A stretch of 64,000 bases of DNA, from assembly GCA_018053145.1 (NCBI GenBank), contig JAGPMA010000001.1:28482-92481 (forward strand), read 5' to 3'. A program made the translations under genes and the position numbers. The DNA comes from Oscillospiraceae bacterium (GTDB lineage: Bacteria > Bacillota > Clostridia > Oscillospirales > Oscillospiraceae). The notes under the pieces are model-generated. The model worked only from the letters and a program-made list of their open reading frames with translations. It was not told the DNA's origin and did no database searches. This document shows, piece after piece, positions 8,978 to 19,057 of this stretch. Positions within the stretch are counted from its first letter, which is position 1, and each line of letters opens with the position of its first letter.

Positions 8978-11065
8978 ATGTTGGAACTACTTTCACCTGC
9001 CGGCTCGCCGGAGGCGGTTGTCGCCGCCGTTCAGAGCGGGGCAGATGCAATTTATATGGGCTTTGGCGAGCACAATGCTCGACGCAGCGCAAAGAATTTT
9101 TCGGACGAGGATTTTGATTCCGCCGTCCGCTATTGTCGTATGCGGGGCTGCAAAGTATATCTTACTCTTAACACCCTTGTCAGCGACAGAGAAATCCCCG
9201 AAGTTGTAAAGTTGGCAGGTCACGCCTCCGAAATCGGAGTTGACGCGATACTGGTTCAGGATTTGGGACTTGCCCGCGTTTTAAAGTGCGCGCTGCCAGA
9301 TATGCCGCTTCATGCAAGCACGCAGATGAGCATTCACAATTTGGCCGGAGTTGAAGCCGCTGCCGAAATGGGCATTAGCCGAGCGGTTTTGGCTCGGGAA
9401 CTCAGCCTTGAGCAGATTGCCCTTATTGCGGAAAGATCCCCTATTGAACTCGAGGTTTTTACACACGGCGCACTGTGCTTCTGCCATTCAGGGCAGTGCT
9501 ACATGAGCGCGCTTATCGGCAGGCGCAGCGGAAATCGCGGCGCCTGCGCTCAGCCTTGCAGGCTTCAATACAGCCTTGGCGGAAGAATGGACAACTATCC
9601 TCTGAGCCTTAAGGACAACTGCCTTGTAACATATCTTAAAGAGCTTGAAAGAGCGGGCGTTGCCTGTGTAAAAATTGAAGGGCGTATGAAGCGCCCCGAG
9701 TATTCAGCTATTGTTACGGGCATTTATTCGCGAGCGATTCGCGACGGACTTGAGCCTTCGGAAACTGAAATGCAGCAGCTTGAAATGGCGTTTTCGCGTC
9801 AAGGCTTCACAGACGGGTACCTAATGAACACCAAAGGCCCAGCGATGTTCGGCGTTCGCGAGGAACGCGACAGTGATGTTAACAAGCTTTATAATGCGGC
9901 ACGCAAGGACTATGCAAATTCCGAGCTTCGCCGTGTGTCGGTAAAGTTTTATGCAATTGTTAAGGCGGGAGAAAAAACCAAATTTGCGGTTGAGGACGAG
10001 CAGGGACACAAGGTGATTAAAGAAGGGCCTATACCACAGAAGGCGGAAAATCAGGCTCTTTCACGTCAGAACATATACGACCAGTTCTATAAAACGGGTG
10101 GTACGCCCTATATTTGTTCCGATGTTTCGGCGGTTTTGGACGAGGGACTGTTCCTTCCCGTATCAGGATTGAATGAAATGCGCAGGCTGCTGCTTGACGA
10201 GCTTTCGGAGCAGAGGAAAGCAGCTCCGGCAAGAAAAGTCGGCAAGCTGCCGAAAACTCCGGCGGACGTTAAGATTCTCGGCGGCCCAAAAATGATTTTT
10301 CAGGTCAGCACGCTTGACCAGTTGACTAATGCCCTTGCGGAGGAGTCGCCGGATTACATCTATGTTCCGCTGGCTATACTTGCATCAAACCCCGAGGCGG
10401 TGGTTCCGTTTGCTGAAAAGGGTGCGGTTCCTGTTGCTGTTTTACCGCGCGTCATCACAGACACGCAGGCACCGGAAATTGCTGAAATGCTTGTTAAGGT
10501 TAAGGCGATGGGTGTTACGCAGGTGCTTTTGGGAAACATGGGACACATAAAATATGCAAAGCTAGCCGGCATGGACGTTAGAGGCGATTTTGGGCTGAAT
10601 GTCTACAATTCCGACACGCTTCAGGTGATGAACGCGGCTGGGCTTTTGTCCGCGACCGCTTCGTTCGAGCTTCGTATGAGCCAGATTCGGGACTTACATA
10701 AGCCAATCAACACCGAGCTGATTGCCTATGGGCGGCTGCCGTTGATGGTGAGCGACCAGTGTATAATCAAAAACAGCGCCGGTCAATGCAATTGCCAAAA
10801 TTCCATTTCACTATCCGACCGCACAGGTCAGCTTTTTCCTGTCGTAAAGGAGTTCGGTTGCCGAAATGTGATTCTTAACGCACACAAGCTGTTTTTGGCA
10901 GATAGGCGCCAAGATTTGGAAAAATGCGGGTTGTGGGGCATTCGATTGCTTTTCACAAACGAAGGGCCGGAGGAATGTATACGAATTGCCGACAGCTATT
11001 TGGGCAAAACGGACTATACTCCAAACGGATTGACAAGAGGGCTATATTACCGCGGTGTTGAATAA
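8978..11065 (+). CDS. U32 family peptidase, long form with C-terminal extension
   Basis: N-terminal LELLSPAGS...AIYMG and HGALCFCHSGQCYMS U32 signature. 695 aa. Confidence 0.88.
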   Translation: MLELLSPAGSPEAVVAAVQSGADAIYMGFGEHNARRSAKNFSDEDFDSAVRYCRMRGCKVYLTLNTLVSDREIPEVVKLAGHASEIGVDAILVQDLGLARVLKCALPDMPLHASTQMSIHNLAGVEAAAEMGISRAVLARELSLEQIALIAERSPIELEVFTHGALCFCHSGQCYMSALIGRRSGNRGACAQPCRLQYSLGGRMDNYPLSLKDNCLVTYLKELERAGVACVKIEGRMKRPEYSAIVTGIYSRAIRDGLEPSETEMQQLEMAFSRQGFTDGYLMNTKGPAMFGVREERDSDVNKLYNAARKDYANSELRRVSVKFYAIVKAGEKTKFAVEDEQGHKVIKEGPIPQKAENQALSRQNIYDQFYKTGGTPYICSDVSAVLDEGLFLPVSGLNEMRRLLLDELSEQRKAAPARKVGKLPKTPADVKILGGPKMIFQVSTLDQLTNALAEESPDYIYVPLAILASNPEAVVPFAEKGAVPVAVLPRVITDTQAPEIAEMLVKVKAMGVTQVLLGNMGHIKYAKLAGMDVRGDFGLNVYNSDTLQVMNAAGLLSATASFELRMSQIRDLHKPINTELIAYGRLPLMVSDQCIIKNSAGQCNCQNSISLSDRTGQLFPVVKEFGCRNVILNAHKLFLADRRQDLEKCGLWGIRLLFTNEGPEECIRIADSYLGKTDYTPNGLTRGLYYRGVE

Positions 11066-11095
11066 GGCGCGCCTTTAGCCTCGAGAGGAACAGCT

Positions 11096-11668
11096 ATGAA
11101 TATCGTTCTTGCGTCCGCTTCCCCGAGAAGACGAGAGCTTCTTACTATGCTGGGAGTGGAAAATTATAAAATAATCCCCGCAGTCGGGGAGGAGATTGTA
11201 AAGCCCGGGCTGTCACCTGCAGAGATTGTCTGCAACCTGTCCTATCAAAAGGCGGCGGAGGTAGCAGAACGCTGCGAAAGTACGGAGCTGATAATAGCGG
11301 CGGATACAGTTGTTGTGCTGGATGGGGAGATTTTGGGAAAACCCTCCGACAAGGATGAGGCCTTCCGGATGCTGTCGAAGCTCTCCGGAAGAACACACGA
11401 GGTCTTTTCCGGAATAACGCTTATGCAGGGTGAAAAAGTCTTTTCGGAATATGAAAGGACAAGTGTTCGCTTCCGCGAGCTTTCTCAACGGGAGATTTCC
11501 GCATACATCGAAACAGGCGAGCCAATGGATAAGGCCGGCTCATATGGCGCACAGGGGCTAGGCTCTCTTTTCGTCGAGGGCATTGAGGGTGATTTTTTCA
11601 ATGTGATGGGGCTTCCGCTGTGCAGACTATCAAAAATGCTTGAAAAATTGGGCGTGATTTTAATTTGA
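11096..11668 (+). CDS. maf: Maf-like nucleoside triphosphate pyrophosphatase (septum formation protein)
   Basis: LASASPRRRELL, AADTVV and KAGSYGAQG motifs. Confidence 0.92.
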   Translation: MNIVLASASPRRRELLTMLGVENYKIIPAVGEEIVKPGLSPAEIVCNLSYQKAAEVAERCESTELIIAADTVVVLDGEILGKPSDKDEAFRMLSKLSGRTHEVFSGITLMQGEKVFSEYERTSVRFRELSQREISAYIETGEPMDKAGSYGAQGLGSLFVEGIEGDFFNVMGLPLCRLSKMLEKLGVILI

Positions 11669-12516
11669 CTAAGTTTAAAGATTTTATTAAGAAAAATGGA
11701 ATACGGCTCGGAATTGTTGTCGTGATGGTTGCGCTGATTTTTGGCGTTGTGGCCAGAGGCACAAACGGTAACGCAGGCGTTGTGGAAAACGCTGCGGCTT
11801 CACTTTCCACGCCCGTTGAGCGGGGCTCAACAGGCTTTGTGGGTTGGCTTGAGGGTGTTTACGGCTATATGTTCAAATACGATTCTCTTGCAGCCGAGAA
11901 CGAGGAGCTGAAGGTTAAGCTGGCGGAGGCTGAGATTAAGCTTCGTGAGGCGAAGAACGCTGAAAATGAAAATGAGAGACTGCGCGAGCTTTTGAGTTTG
12001 CGTGAAAAGCATAAGGACTTTGTTTTCGAATCTGCCAATATAATTGACAGACCCTCTTCCAACTGGAGCGAAACCTATACCTTGAGCAAGGGCGAGGAAA
12101 GCGGAGTTGCTGTCGGAAACTGTGTTATCGATAGCTGCTACAACCTTGTCGGACAGGTTATTGAGGTTGGAACCGGCTGGGCAACCGTCCGCGCTATAAT
12201 CGACGCCGATATTCGCGTCGGTGCGCTTGTCGGTGAGGGCGGTAACGCCGCAATGATAGTCGGTGATTTTTCGCTCATGCAAAAGGGCGAAACAAAGCTT
12301 ACCTATTTGACAGAGGAAACGCAGGTGCTCGAAGGCGATGTGCTCATCACCTCCGGCAAGGGCGGTGCCTTCCCCAAGGGACTTAAGATTGGAACCGTGA
12401 CCGCTGTGCAGACAGAAGCCGGCGGACAGGTTGAATACGCGACCGTAACTCCCGCAAGTGAGCTTGGAGCGTTGTCGGAAGTGTTTGTTATCAAGGATTT
12501 TGAAGTTGTAGATTAA
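11665..12516 (+). CDS. mreC: Rod shape-determining protein MreC
   Basis: N-terminal TM segment, a coiled coil (ENEELKVKLAEAEIKLRE), then beta-barrel domains. The TTG start overlaps the maf stop (TTGA). Confidence 0.9.
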   Translation: MTKFKDFIKKNGIRLGIVVVMVALIFGVVARGTNGNAGVVENAAASLSTPVERGSTGFVGWLEGVYGYMFKYDSLAAENEELKVKLAEAEIKLREAKNAENENERLRELLSLREKHKDFVFESANIIDRPSSNWSETYTLSKGEESGVAVGNCVIDSCYNLVGQVIEVGTGWATVRAIIDADIRVGALVGEGGNAAMIVGDFSLMQKGETKLTYLTEETQVLEGDVLITSGKGGAFPKGLKIGTVTAVQTEAGGQVEYATVTPASELGALSEVFVIKDFEVVD

Positions 12517-12555
12517 CTGTTTGGAAAAACCACTTCGGCGTATTGGAGGCACAGT

Positions 12556-13071
12556 ATGCTGCTCGACATGATAAACCTCGAAAAAGTTCGCAGAGCAATC
12601 ATCTATTTTGGCGTATTGTTGCTTGTGCTTTTCGTTCAAAACATTATTCTTTCTCGTATTTCTGTTTTTGGAGTACACGCTTTCATTGCACCTATAGCCG
12701 TTGTCGCCGTCGGGTTTTTCGAAGGCGGAGTTTGGGGCGGAGTTTTTGGCCTTGTTATGGGTCTGTTTTGCGACATGAACCTGAACGATATCAAGGTAAT
12801 GCTAACGGTTATCTTCCCGATTATCGGGTTTGTTTCGGGCGCGGCCGCAACATATTTTGTTAACAAACGCTTTTTCTCCTTCTTCTTTGTCTGCTTGGCC
12901 GCATTGGTCTTAACTGCAGTTTGTCAGATGTTTAAATTCATTGCGATTGCGGATGCAAACATTTTGCCTGTCCTGATAACTGCGGGGCTTCAAACCCTAT
13001 GGTCGATTCCATTTACATTCGCGCTTTATTATCCGTGCAGGTCACTTTCCGGTGTGGACTTAAGCAAGTAG
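12556..13071 (+). CDS. mreD: Rod shape-determining protein MreD
   Basis: 171 aa polytopic membrane protein directly after mreC. Confidence 0.85.
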   Translation: MLLDMINLEKVRRAIIYFGVLLLVLFVQNIILSRISVFGVHAFIAPIAVVAVGFFEGGVWGGVFGLVMGLFCDMNLNDIKVMLTVIFPIIGFVSGAAATYFVNKRFFSFFFVCLAALVLTAVCQMFKFIAIADANILPVLITAGLQTLWSIPFTFALYYPCRSLSGVDLSK

Positions 13072-13092
13072 TTCCTTGCAGAAAGAAAAACA

Positions 13093-15183
13093 ATGGATAG
13101 AATAATTAAACCTTGGCGCTTAGCTGCCTTGATAATATTAATAATCTCGCTGACGGCAATTTATTTCGTTTCGCTGTATCGCTTGCAGATAATCGAAGGT
13201 GCCGCTTACTATGAGCAGTCGGAAAACAGCATTGTAACCACAAACACAGTTGTGGCCGCTCGCGGTAACATTCTTGACCGTTACGGACGGGTGCTGGTTT
13301 CCAACAGTGTCTGCAACAACCTATACATTAATGCGGACGAGCTTTTTGAGCAGCCTGACCCAAACGCTGTAATTCTTGAGCTTGTTCAAGCCGTTAAGGA
13401 TTCGGGAAACACATATGCGGATACGCTTCCTATAACCGCGACTGCGCCATTTGAATATGTTCCGAATATGACGGATTTGCAGAGGACAAGGCTTGACGCT
13501 TATTTTGAGGCAAACGACCTTCCCACATCAACTACCGCTGTTGAGTTGATGGCTTTTTTCAGAGATGCCTTCAACATTGACAACAACTACACCTCGGAGC
13601 AGATGAGAATTGTGACGGGAGTGCGCTACGAAATTAAAATACGCTATGTTATTAACACCTCCGACTATGTTTTTGCAGAGGATGTGAGTATTGACCTGAT
13701 AACAAAGCTGATGGAAAACAATATTCCGGGCTTTACGGTTCAGTCCTCATATATCCGCGATTACAACACGGATTATGCGGCTCATCTGCTGGGCTACGTC
13801 GGCATGATGAATGAGGCGGAGTACAAGGAATATCGAAACGATGGGTATCCGCTCAACGCAATGGTCGGAAAAGAGGGTGCGGAGAAGGCCTTTGAGTCTT
13901 ATCTTCACGGGACAGACGGCACTGCGGTGGTTACGACGACGCAGGGCGGCACAATTATCAGCACTAAATACACCAAAGAGCCCGAGCCGGGCAACCAGGT
14001 TTATCTAACAATAGATTTGGGCTTGCAGGAAGCGGCAGAGATTTCGCTTAATAACTTTATTGCAGATACCAATAAGCAGCGAGTGATTGATAACGCCGCC
14101 TTTGAGGCGCAGGGCAATACCAAGGATGTCAAGGACATGATAACCGGCGGAGCAGTGGTTGCTATCAATGTCAAAACAGGTGAGCCGCTTTGCATTGCAA
14201 GTGCGCCTACCTTTAACCTGAGCACCCTTATGGACGATTACGACGCCCTTATTAAGGATAAATCGGGGCCGCTGTTTAACCGTGCGCTCAATGGAGCTTA
14301 CGCCCCCGGCTCAACTTTTAAGCCGGTTACTGCTATTGCGGCGCTGAACGAGGGAATTGTGACCACCGCAACAACGATATATGACGAGGGAATATTTAAA
14401 AAATATGCCGAATATGGATATGCGCCAACCTGTTGGCTATACCCCCACGGGTCCCACGGAGATGTGAATGCCGCAAAAGCCATTGAGGTCTCCTGCAACT
14501 ATTATTTCTATACGGTTGGCGATCTGCTCGGGATTGATAGGCTTTCCGATTACGCACTGCGCTTTGGCCTCGGCACTTCGACGGGTATTGAGCTTAGCGA
14601 GAGCACTGGCATAATGGCAACCCAAAAATATAAGGAAGAAACAACAGACACCCCGTGGTATAACGGCGATACCCTGCAGGCGGCAATAGGCCAGTCCTTT
14701 AGCGTTTTTACTCCGCTGCAGCTTGCAAACTATATTGCGACCCTTGCCAATAACGGAACCCGATATGAGGCAAGAATGCTCAAAGCCGCCAGAAGCTACG
14801 ACTATTCGGAAAGCGTTTATGAGCGAACGGCAGTTGTTGCTGATACCGTTTCTGTGGATCAAACGTATTATGACGCAGTTCACACCGGAATGTACAATGT
14901 TGCCAACTCGGCGGATGGTACTGCGTATTCGGTTTTCGGCAGCTATCCGTATAAAGTTGCCGCAAAAACCGGAACGGCACAGCTCGGCGAAGCGATTACG
15001 AATAACGGCGTTTTCGTTTGCTACGCACCATATGACGACCCACAAATCGCGATTGCTGTCGTCGTGGAAAAGGGCGGCGCGGGCAGCAAGATAGCCAGTA
15101 TTGCAAGAGATGTGCTGGATTATTATTTCAGCTTTAAAAATAGCTCTATTTCGCTGGAAACCGAAAACTCTCTTCTAAAATAA
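13093..15183 (+). CDS. mrdA: Penicillin-binding protein 2 (elongasome transpeptidase)
   Basis: N-terminal TM anchor plus the transpeptidase motifs STFK, SCN and KTGTA. Follows mreCD. Confidence 0.92.
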   Translation: MDRIIKPWRLAALIILIISLTAIYFVSLYRLQIIEGAAYYEQSENSIVTTNTVVAARGNILDRYGRVLVSNSVCNNLYINADELFEQPDPNAVILELVQAVKDSGNTYADTLPITATAPFEYVPNMTDLQRTRLDAYFEANDLPTSTTAVELMAFFRDAFNIDNNYTSEQMRIVTGVRYEIKIRYVINTSDYVFAEDVSIDLITKLMENNIPGFTVQSSYIRDYNTDYAAHLLGYVGMMNEAEYKEYRNDGYPLNAMVGKEGAEKAFESYLHGTDGTAVVTTTQGGTIISTKYTKEPEPGNQVYLTIDLGLQEAAEISLNNFIADTNKQRVIDNAAFEAQGNTKDVKDMITGGAVVAINVKTGEPLCIASAPTFNLSTLMDDYDALIKDKSGPLFNRALNGAYAPGSTFKPVTAIAALNEGIVTTATTIYDEGIFKKYAEYGYAPTCWLYPHGSHGDVNAAKAIEVSCNYYFYTVGDLLGIDRLSDYALRFGLGTSTGIELSESTGIMATQKYKEETTDTPWYNGDTLQAAIGQSFSVFTPLQLANYIATLANNGTRYEARMLKAARSYDYSESVYERTAVVADTVSVDQTYYDAVHTGMYNVANSADGTAYSVFGSYPYKVAAKTGTAQLGEAITNNGVFVCYAPYDDPQIAIAVVVEKGGAGSKIASIARDVLDYYFSFKNSSISLETENSLLK

Positions 15184-15195
15184 CAGCGGTAAATG

Positions 15196-15224
15196 TTGCG
15201 TTTCTCTGTAAACTAATGTATAAT
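15196..15224 (+). promoter_or_regulatory. Putative promoter of the MGS-like gene
   Basis: TTGCGT, 17 nt spacer, TATAAT. Confidence 0.55.
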
Positions 15225-15276
15225 ACAACCTTAGCAAGGTATTAATGCTTGAAACAATCGTAATTGAACTGAAAGG

Positions 15277-15687
15277 ATGAAGGCCATGAATATCGCACTA
15301 ATGGCACATAACAACAAAAAGGAGCTTATGGTGCAGTTTTGCATCGCTTATTGCGGAATTCTTTCCGAACACTCCATTTGTGCCACAGCTACCACCGGCC
15401 GCTTGGTTGCAGAGGCCACCGGTCTTCCCATAAGTTTATATCTAAGTGCGGCTCAAGGCGGCAGCCAGCAGATTAAGTCGCGCATTGCATACAACGAAAT
15501 TGACCTGGTTTTGTTCTTCTGGGATTCTTCCAGCAGTGATGACGACAAAGAGGTTGTTGCAATCTCTCGCGCCTGCGACCAGCACAGCATACCCTTTGCC
15601 TCAAACGTCGCAACCGCAGAGGTCCTTATTCAGGGCTTAAAGCGCGGCGACCTTAGCTGGCGAGACATAGTCAACCCCAAAAGGTAA
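15277..15687 (+). CDS. Methylglyoxal synthase-like domain protein lacking catalytic residues
   Basis: Collinear with MgsA (IALMAHNNKK, ATATTG, FFWD, IPFASNVATAE). However, GGDQQ is GGSQQ and the PHDPD loop is DDDKEVV. ATG 15286 is the more likely start, since the AAAGGA RBS precedes it. Confidence 0.8.
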   Translation: MKAMNIALMAHNNKKELMVQFCIAYCGILSEHSICATATTGRLVAEATGLPISLYLSAAQGGSQQIKSRIAYNEIDLVLFFWDSSSSDDDKEVVAISRACDQHSIPFASNVATAEVLIQGLKRGDLSWRDIVNPKR

Positions 15688-15798
15688 AAATCTTTGTTTT
15701 CAATGTAACGCTCTCGTCCCTTTGCGGGAGGGGGGCGTTATTGACTTTATGCGCCAAAGTTAACAAATGAATTCCAGTACCGAAAGGACTTTTCATAT

Positions 15799-17151
15799 AT
15801 GGAAAGAATTAAACCCCGCACGCTATCCGGCTTTATGGAGCTTTTGCCCGAAAAACAGGCACAGATGGAGCGCATAATGGAAACCCTGCGCAAAACCTAT
15901 TCGCTTTATGGCTTTGCCGCGCTCGACACCCCGATAATCGAGGCGTCTGAGGTGCTGCTTGCAAAAGGCGGAGGTGAAACCGAAAAGCAGATTTATCGCT
16001 TTGAGAAGGGCGACAATGACTTGTCCCTGCGCTTTGACCTGACAGTACCGCTGGCAAAGTATGTTTCGATAAACTATGGTCAGCTCACCTTCCCGTTCAG
16101 ACGTTACCAAATCGGTAAGGTATATCGGGGGGAGAGAGCCCAGCGTGGACGCTTTCGTGAGTTTTATCAGGCGGACATCGATGTAATCGGAGACGGCGAG
16201 CTGGACATTATGAACGAGGCGGAAATACCGGCTATCATCTATCGCACGTTTACAACACTCGGACTTACAAAATTTAAAATACGCGTCAACAACCGTAAGG
16301 TCTTGAACGGCTTTTTTGCAATTCTGGGGCTTAGCGACAAGGCGGCTGAGGTTATGCACACTATTGACAAGCTTGACAAGATTGGCGCGGAGAAGTGCTG
16401 CAATCTATTAATTGAGGGCGGCGTTTCCGAAAAACAGACAGATGAAATTATGAGCTTTATCGCAATTTCGGGTACAAGCGCTGACAAGCTCGAAGCTCTT
16501 AAAAAATACGAGGGAAATAACGAAGTGTTCGACCTGGGGCTTTCCGAGCTTAAAGCTGTTGCCGGTTTCCTGCCGGAATTCGGTGTGCCGGAGGCGAACT
16601 TTGAAATTGATCTGACAATTGCTCGCGGACTTGACTATTACACAGGCACAGTCTATGAAACGACGCTTACCGACCATCCGGAAATTGGCTCGGTCTGTTC
16701 GGGCGGGCGCTACGACAATCTTGCGGAATACTATACCGACAAGAAGCTTCCCGGTGTTGGAATTTCAATAGGACTTACAAGACTGTTCTTTGTGCTTGAG
16801 GAACAGGGGATGCTGTCGGACGAGATAATTACTTCGCCAGCTGATGCGCTGATAATACCGATGACGGAAAATATTTCAAAGGCAATAGCGACGGCTACGC
16901 TTTTACGCGAGAACGGTGTTCGCACAATGCTTTACAGCGAGAACAAAAAGTTTAAGTCGAAGATGAGCTATGCGGACAAAATCGGCGTTCCGTTTGCCGT
17001 TTTCATCGGTGACGACGAGATAAGGGACGGCGTTATTAAGGTTAAAAATATGCAAAGCGGTGAACAGAGCTCAGAAAAAGCCGAGGATGCGGCTAGACGC
17101 ATAAAAGCTGCAATCGACAGCCGCAATAATGGCCGCGTCATCAAAGACTGA
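15799..17151 (+). CDS. hisS: Histidine--tRNA ligase
   Basis: Class II aaRS with RFDLTVPLAKY, FREFYQADIDVIG and GGRYDNL motifs, plus a C-terminal anticodon-binding domain. Confidence 0.93.
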   Translation: MERIKPRTLSGFMELLPEKQAQMERIMETLRKTYSLYGFAALDTPIIEASEVLLAKGGGETEKQIYRFEKGDNDLSLRFDLTVPLAKYVSINYGQLTFPFRRYQIGKVYRGERAQRGRFREFYQADIDVIGDGELDIMNEAEIPAIIYRTFTTLGLTKFKIRVNNRKVLNGFFAILGLSDKAAEVMHTIDKLDKIGAEKCCNLLIEGGVSEKQTDEIMSFIAISGTSADKLEALKKYEGNNEVFDLGLSELKAVAGFLPEFGVPEANFEIDLTIARGLDYYTGTVYETTLTDHPEIGSVCSGGRYDNLAEYYTDKKLPGVGISIGLTRLFFVLEEQGMLSDEIITSPADALIIPMTENISKAIATATLLRENGVRTMLYSENKKFKSKMSYADKIGVPFAVFIGDDEIRDGVIKVKNMQSGEQSSEKAEDAARRIKAAIDSRNNGRVIKD

Positions 17152-17213
17152 CGAATATTCGCGGCGGTAAGCCGCCCTAAGCTATAAAACGAGAAGAGAA
17201 AGGTTTTTATATT

Positions 17214-18986
17214 ATGTTTCAATCCCGTACTCACACCTGCAATGAGCTTCGTATTGAGGACGCAGGGAAAAAAGTTAAAATTGTCGGCTGGATGGAGAAC
17301 GTCCGTGAGGTGAGCGGAAGTCTTGCTTTCGTTATTGTTCGAGACTTCTACGGAACCACTCAGGCGGTTATTGAAACCGAAGACATGATGAAGCTTGTCA
17401 AGGATATTACTCGCGAATCCACCATAAGTATTGAGGGCACTGTGCGTGAACGCACCAGCAAAAACCCCAATCTTCCGACAGGCGATATTGAGGTTGTTCC
17501 TGAAAAAATCGAGATACTTGGCCGCTGCCGCTATAACGAGCTGCCCTTTCAAATTAATCACAGCCGTGACGCCGATGAGGCTACACGCTTAAAATACCGC
17601 TATCTTGACCTGCGCAATCCAGAGGTTAAAAATAACATTGTTCTGCGCTGCAATGTGGTTGCAGCTCTGCGTCAGAGCATGACGGAGCACGGCTTTTTGG
17701 AGATTACAACACCGATTTTGACCGCCTCCTCGCCCGAGGGTGCGCGTGACTATCTCGTGCCCGCGCGTAACCACCCGGGAAAGTTCTATGCTCTGCCGCA
17801 GGCGCCGCAGCAATTTAAGCAGCTTTTGATGACCTCGGGCTTCGACCGCTATTTCCAGATTGCCCCCTGCTTCCGTGATGAGGACGCGAGAGCAGACCGC
17901 TCACCCGGCGAGTTCTATCAGCTCGACATGGAGATGGCCTTCGCTAATCAAGAGGATGTTTTTGCGGTTTTAGAGGATGTTCTGCCTCCGATTTTTGCAA
18001 AGTTCGGAAAATATAATATTGCGTCAAGCGCACCGTTCAAGAGAATAACCTTCAACGATTCCATGGAAATATACGGCTCCGACAAGCCCGACCTGCGCAT
18101 TGACCTTGTCGTGAAAGACACTACTGAGTTGCTTTCCGACTGCGGCTTTGAGCCCTTTGCAGGTAACATAGTAAAGGCGATTGTCGTACCTGAATTTACT
18201 CAGACACGCAAGTTCATAGATGGCCTGTGCGCCGATGTCGAGGTCGTGTCCGGCAATAAGGCGTTTTGGTTCCGTCTGGACGAAAACGGAGAGCTGGTCG
18301 GCGGAATTTCAAAGTTCTTAACTGAGCGCAAGGACACGATAATTGCAGCACTAGATTTAAAACCCGGCTGTTTTGTCGGACTTACTTCCGGCAAGAAGCT
18401 TGCGGCGCAGAAAACAGCGGGCGTTCTTCGCAAGATGCTGGGCGCTTCAGTTCCCGGACACATGGACACCGAGCGCTATGAGTTCTGCTGGATTGTCGAT
18501 TTCCCGATGTACGAAATCGGTGAGGAATCCGGAGAGCTGGAGTTTTGCCATAATCCGTTTTCCATGCCCAACGGCGGTCTGGAAATTCTTAATAAGGTTG
18601 AAAAGGGTGAGGCAGACCCGCTTGCCATAACCGCATATCAATACGACTTGGTGTGCAACGGCGTGGAGCTTTCCTCCGGCGCGGTTCGTAACCATGACCC
18701 CGAAATTATGATTAAGGCCTTTGAGCTTGTCCGCATGGGCGAGGATGATGTTAAGGCAAAGTTTCCCGCAATGTACAATGCTTTTTGTTACGGTGCGCCA
18801 CCTCACGCAGGCATCGCCCCGGGAGTTGACCGTATGGTAATGCTTTTGGCAGGGGAAGACAGCATACGCGAGATTATACCGTTCCCGATGAACAAAACCG
18901 CACAGGATTTGATGATGGGCGCTCCGTCCATCGTTGAGCCGAAGCAGCTCCGCGAGCTGCATATTGTGCTTGATGCGAAGGAATAA
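17214..18986 (+). CDS. aspS: Aspartate--tRNA ligase
   Basis: N-terminal OB fold, then FRDEDARADR, QLDMEMAF, GVELSSGAVRNH and PPHAGIAPGVDR motifs. Confidence 0.96.
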   Translation: MFQSRTHTCNELRIEDAGKKVKIVGWMENVREVSGSLAFVIVRDFYGTTQAVIETEDMMKLVKDITRESTISIEGTVRERTSKNPNLPTGDIEVVPEKIEILGRCRYNELPFQINHSRDADEATRLKYRYLDLRNPEVKNNIVLRCNVVAALRQSMTEHGFLEITTPILTASSPEGARDYLVPARNHPGKFYALPQAPQQFKQLLMTSGFDRYFQIAPCFRDEDARADRSPGEFYQLDMEMAFANQEDVFAVLEDVLPPIFAKFGKYNIASSAPFKRITFNDSMEIYGSDKPDLRIDLVVKDTTELLSDCGFEPFAGNIVKAIVVPEFTQTRKFIDGLCADVEVVSGNKAFWFRLDENGELVGGISKFLTERKDTIIAALDLKPGCFVGLTSGKKLAAQKTAGVLRKMLGASVPGHMDTERYEFCWIVDFPMYEIGEESGELEFCHNPFSMPNGGLEILNKVEKGEADPLAITAYQYDLVCNGVELSSGAVRNHDPEIMIKAFELVRMGEDDVKAKFPAMYNAFCYGAPPHAGIAPGVDRMVMLLAGEDSIREIIPFPMNKTAQDLMMGAPSIVEPKQLRELHIVLDAKE

Positions 18987-19057
18987 GGAAGAAAAATAGT
19001 ATTAGTTTCACGAAGCTTGCGAGGAACTAATTGCTAAAAGTTTGAAATGGATAGCAA

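Noticed and set aside
11827-12678. 283 aa minus-strand ORF antisense to mreC/mreD
   Set aside because: It fully overlaps well-supported mreC and mreD on the other strand. It has no RBS and a low-complexity composition typical of a shadow ORF.
14437-15045. 202 aa minus-strand ORF inside the pbp2 gene
   Set aside because: It is antisense to a gene carrying intact STFK/SCN/KTG motifs, so it is a shadow frame.
15688-15798. Possible T-box or attenuator upstream of hisS-aspS
   Set aside because: The region is only about 110 nt with no GGGTGGTACC-like T-box sequence. The imperfect hairpin at about 15708-15740 is more simply the terminator of the preceding gene.
16968-17561. 197 aa minus-strand ORF spanning the hisS-aspS junction
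   Set aside because: It is antisense to two strongly supported aaRS genes and has no motif or RBS.
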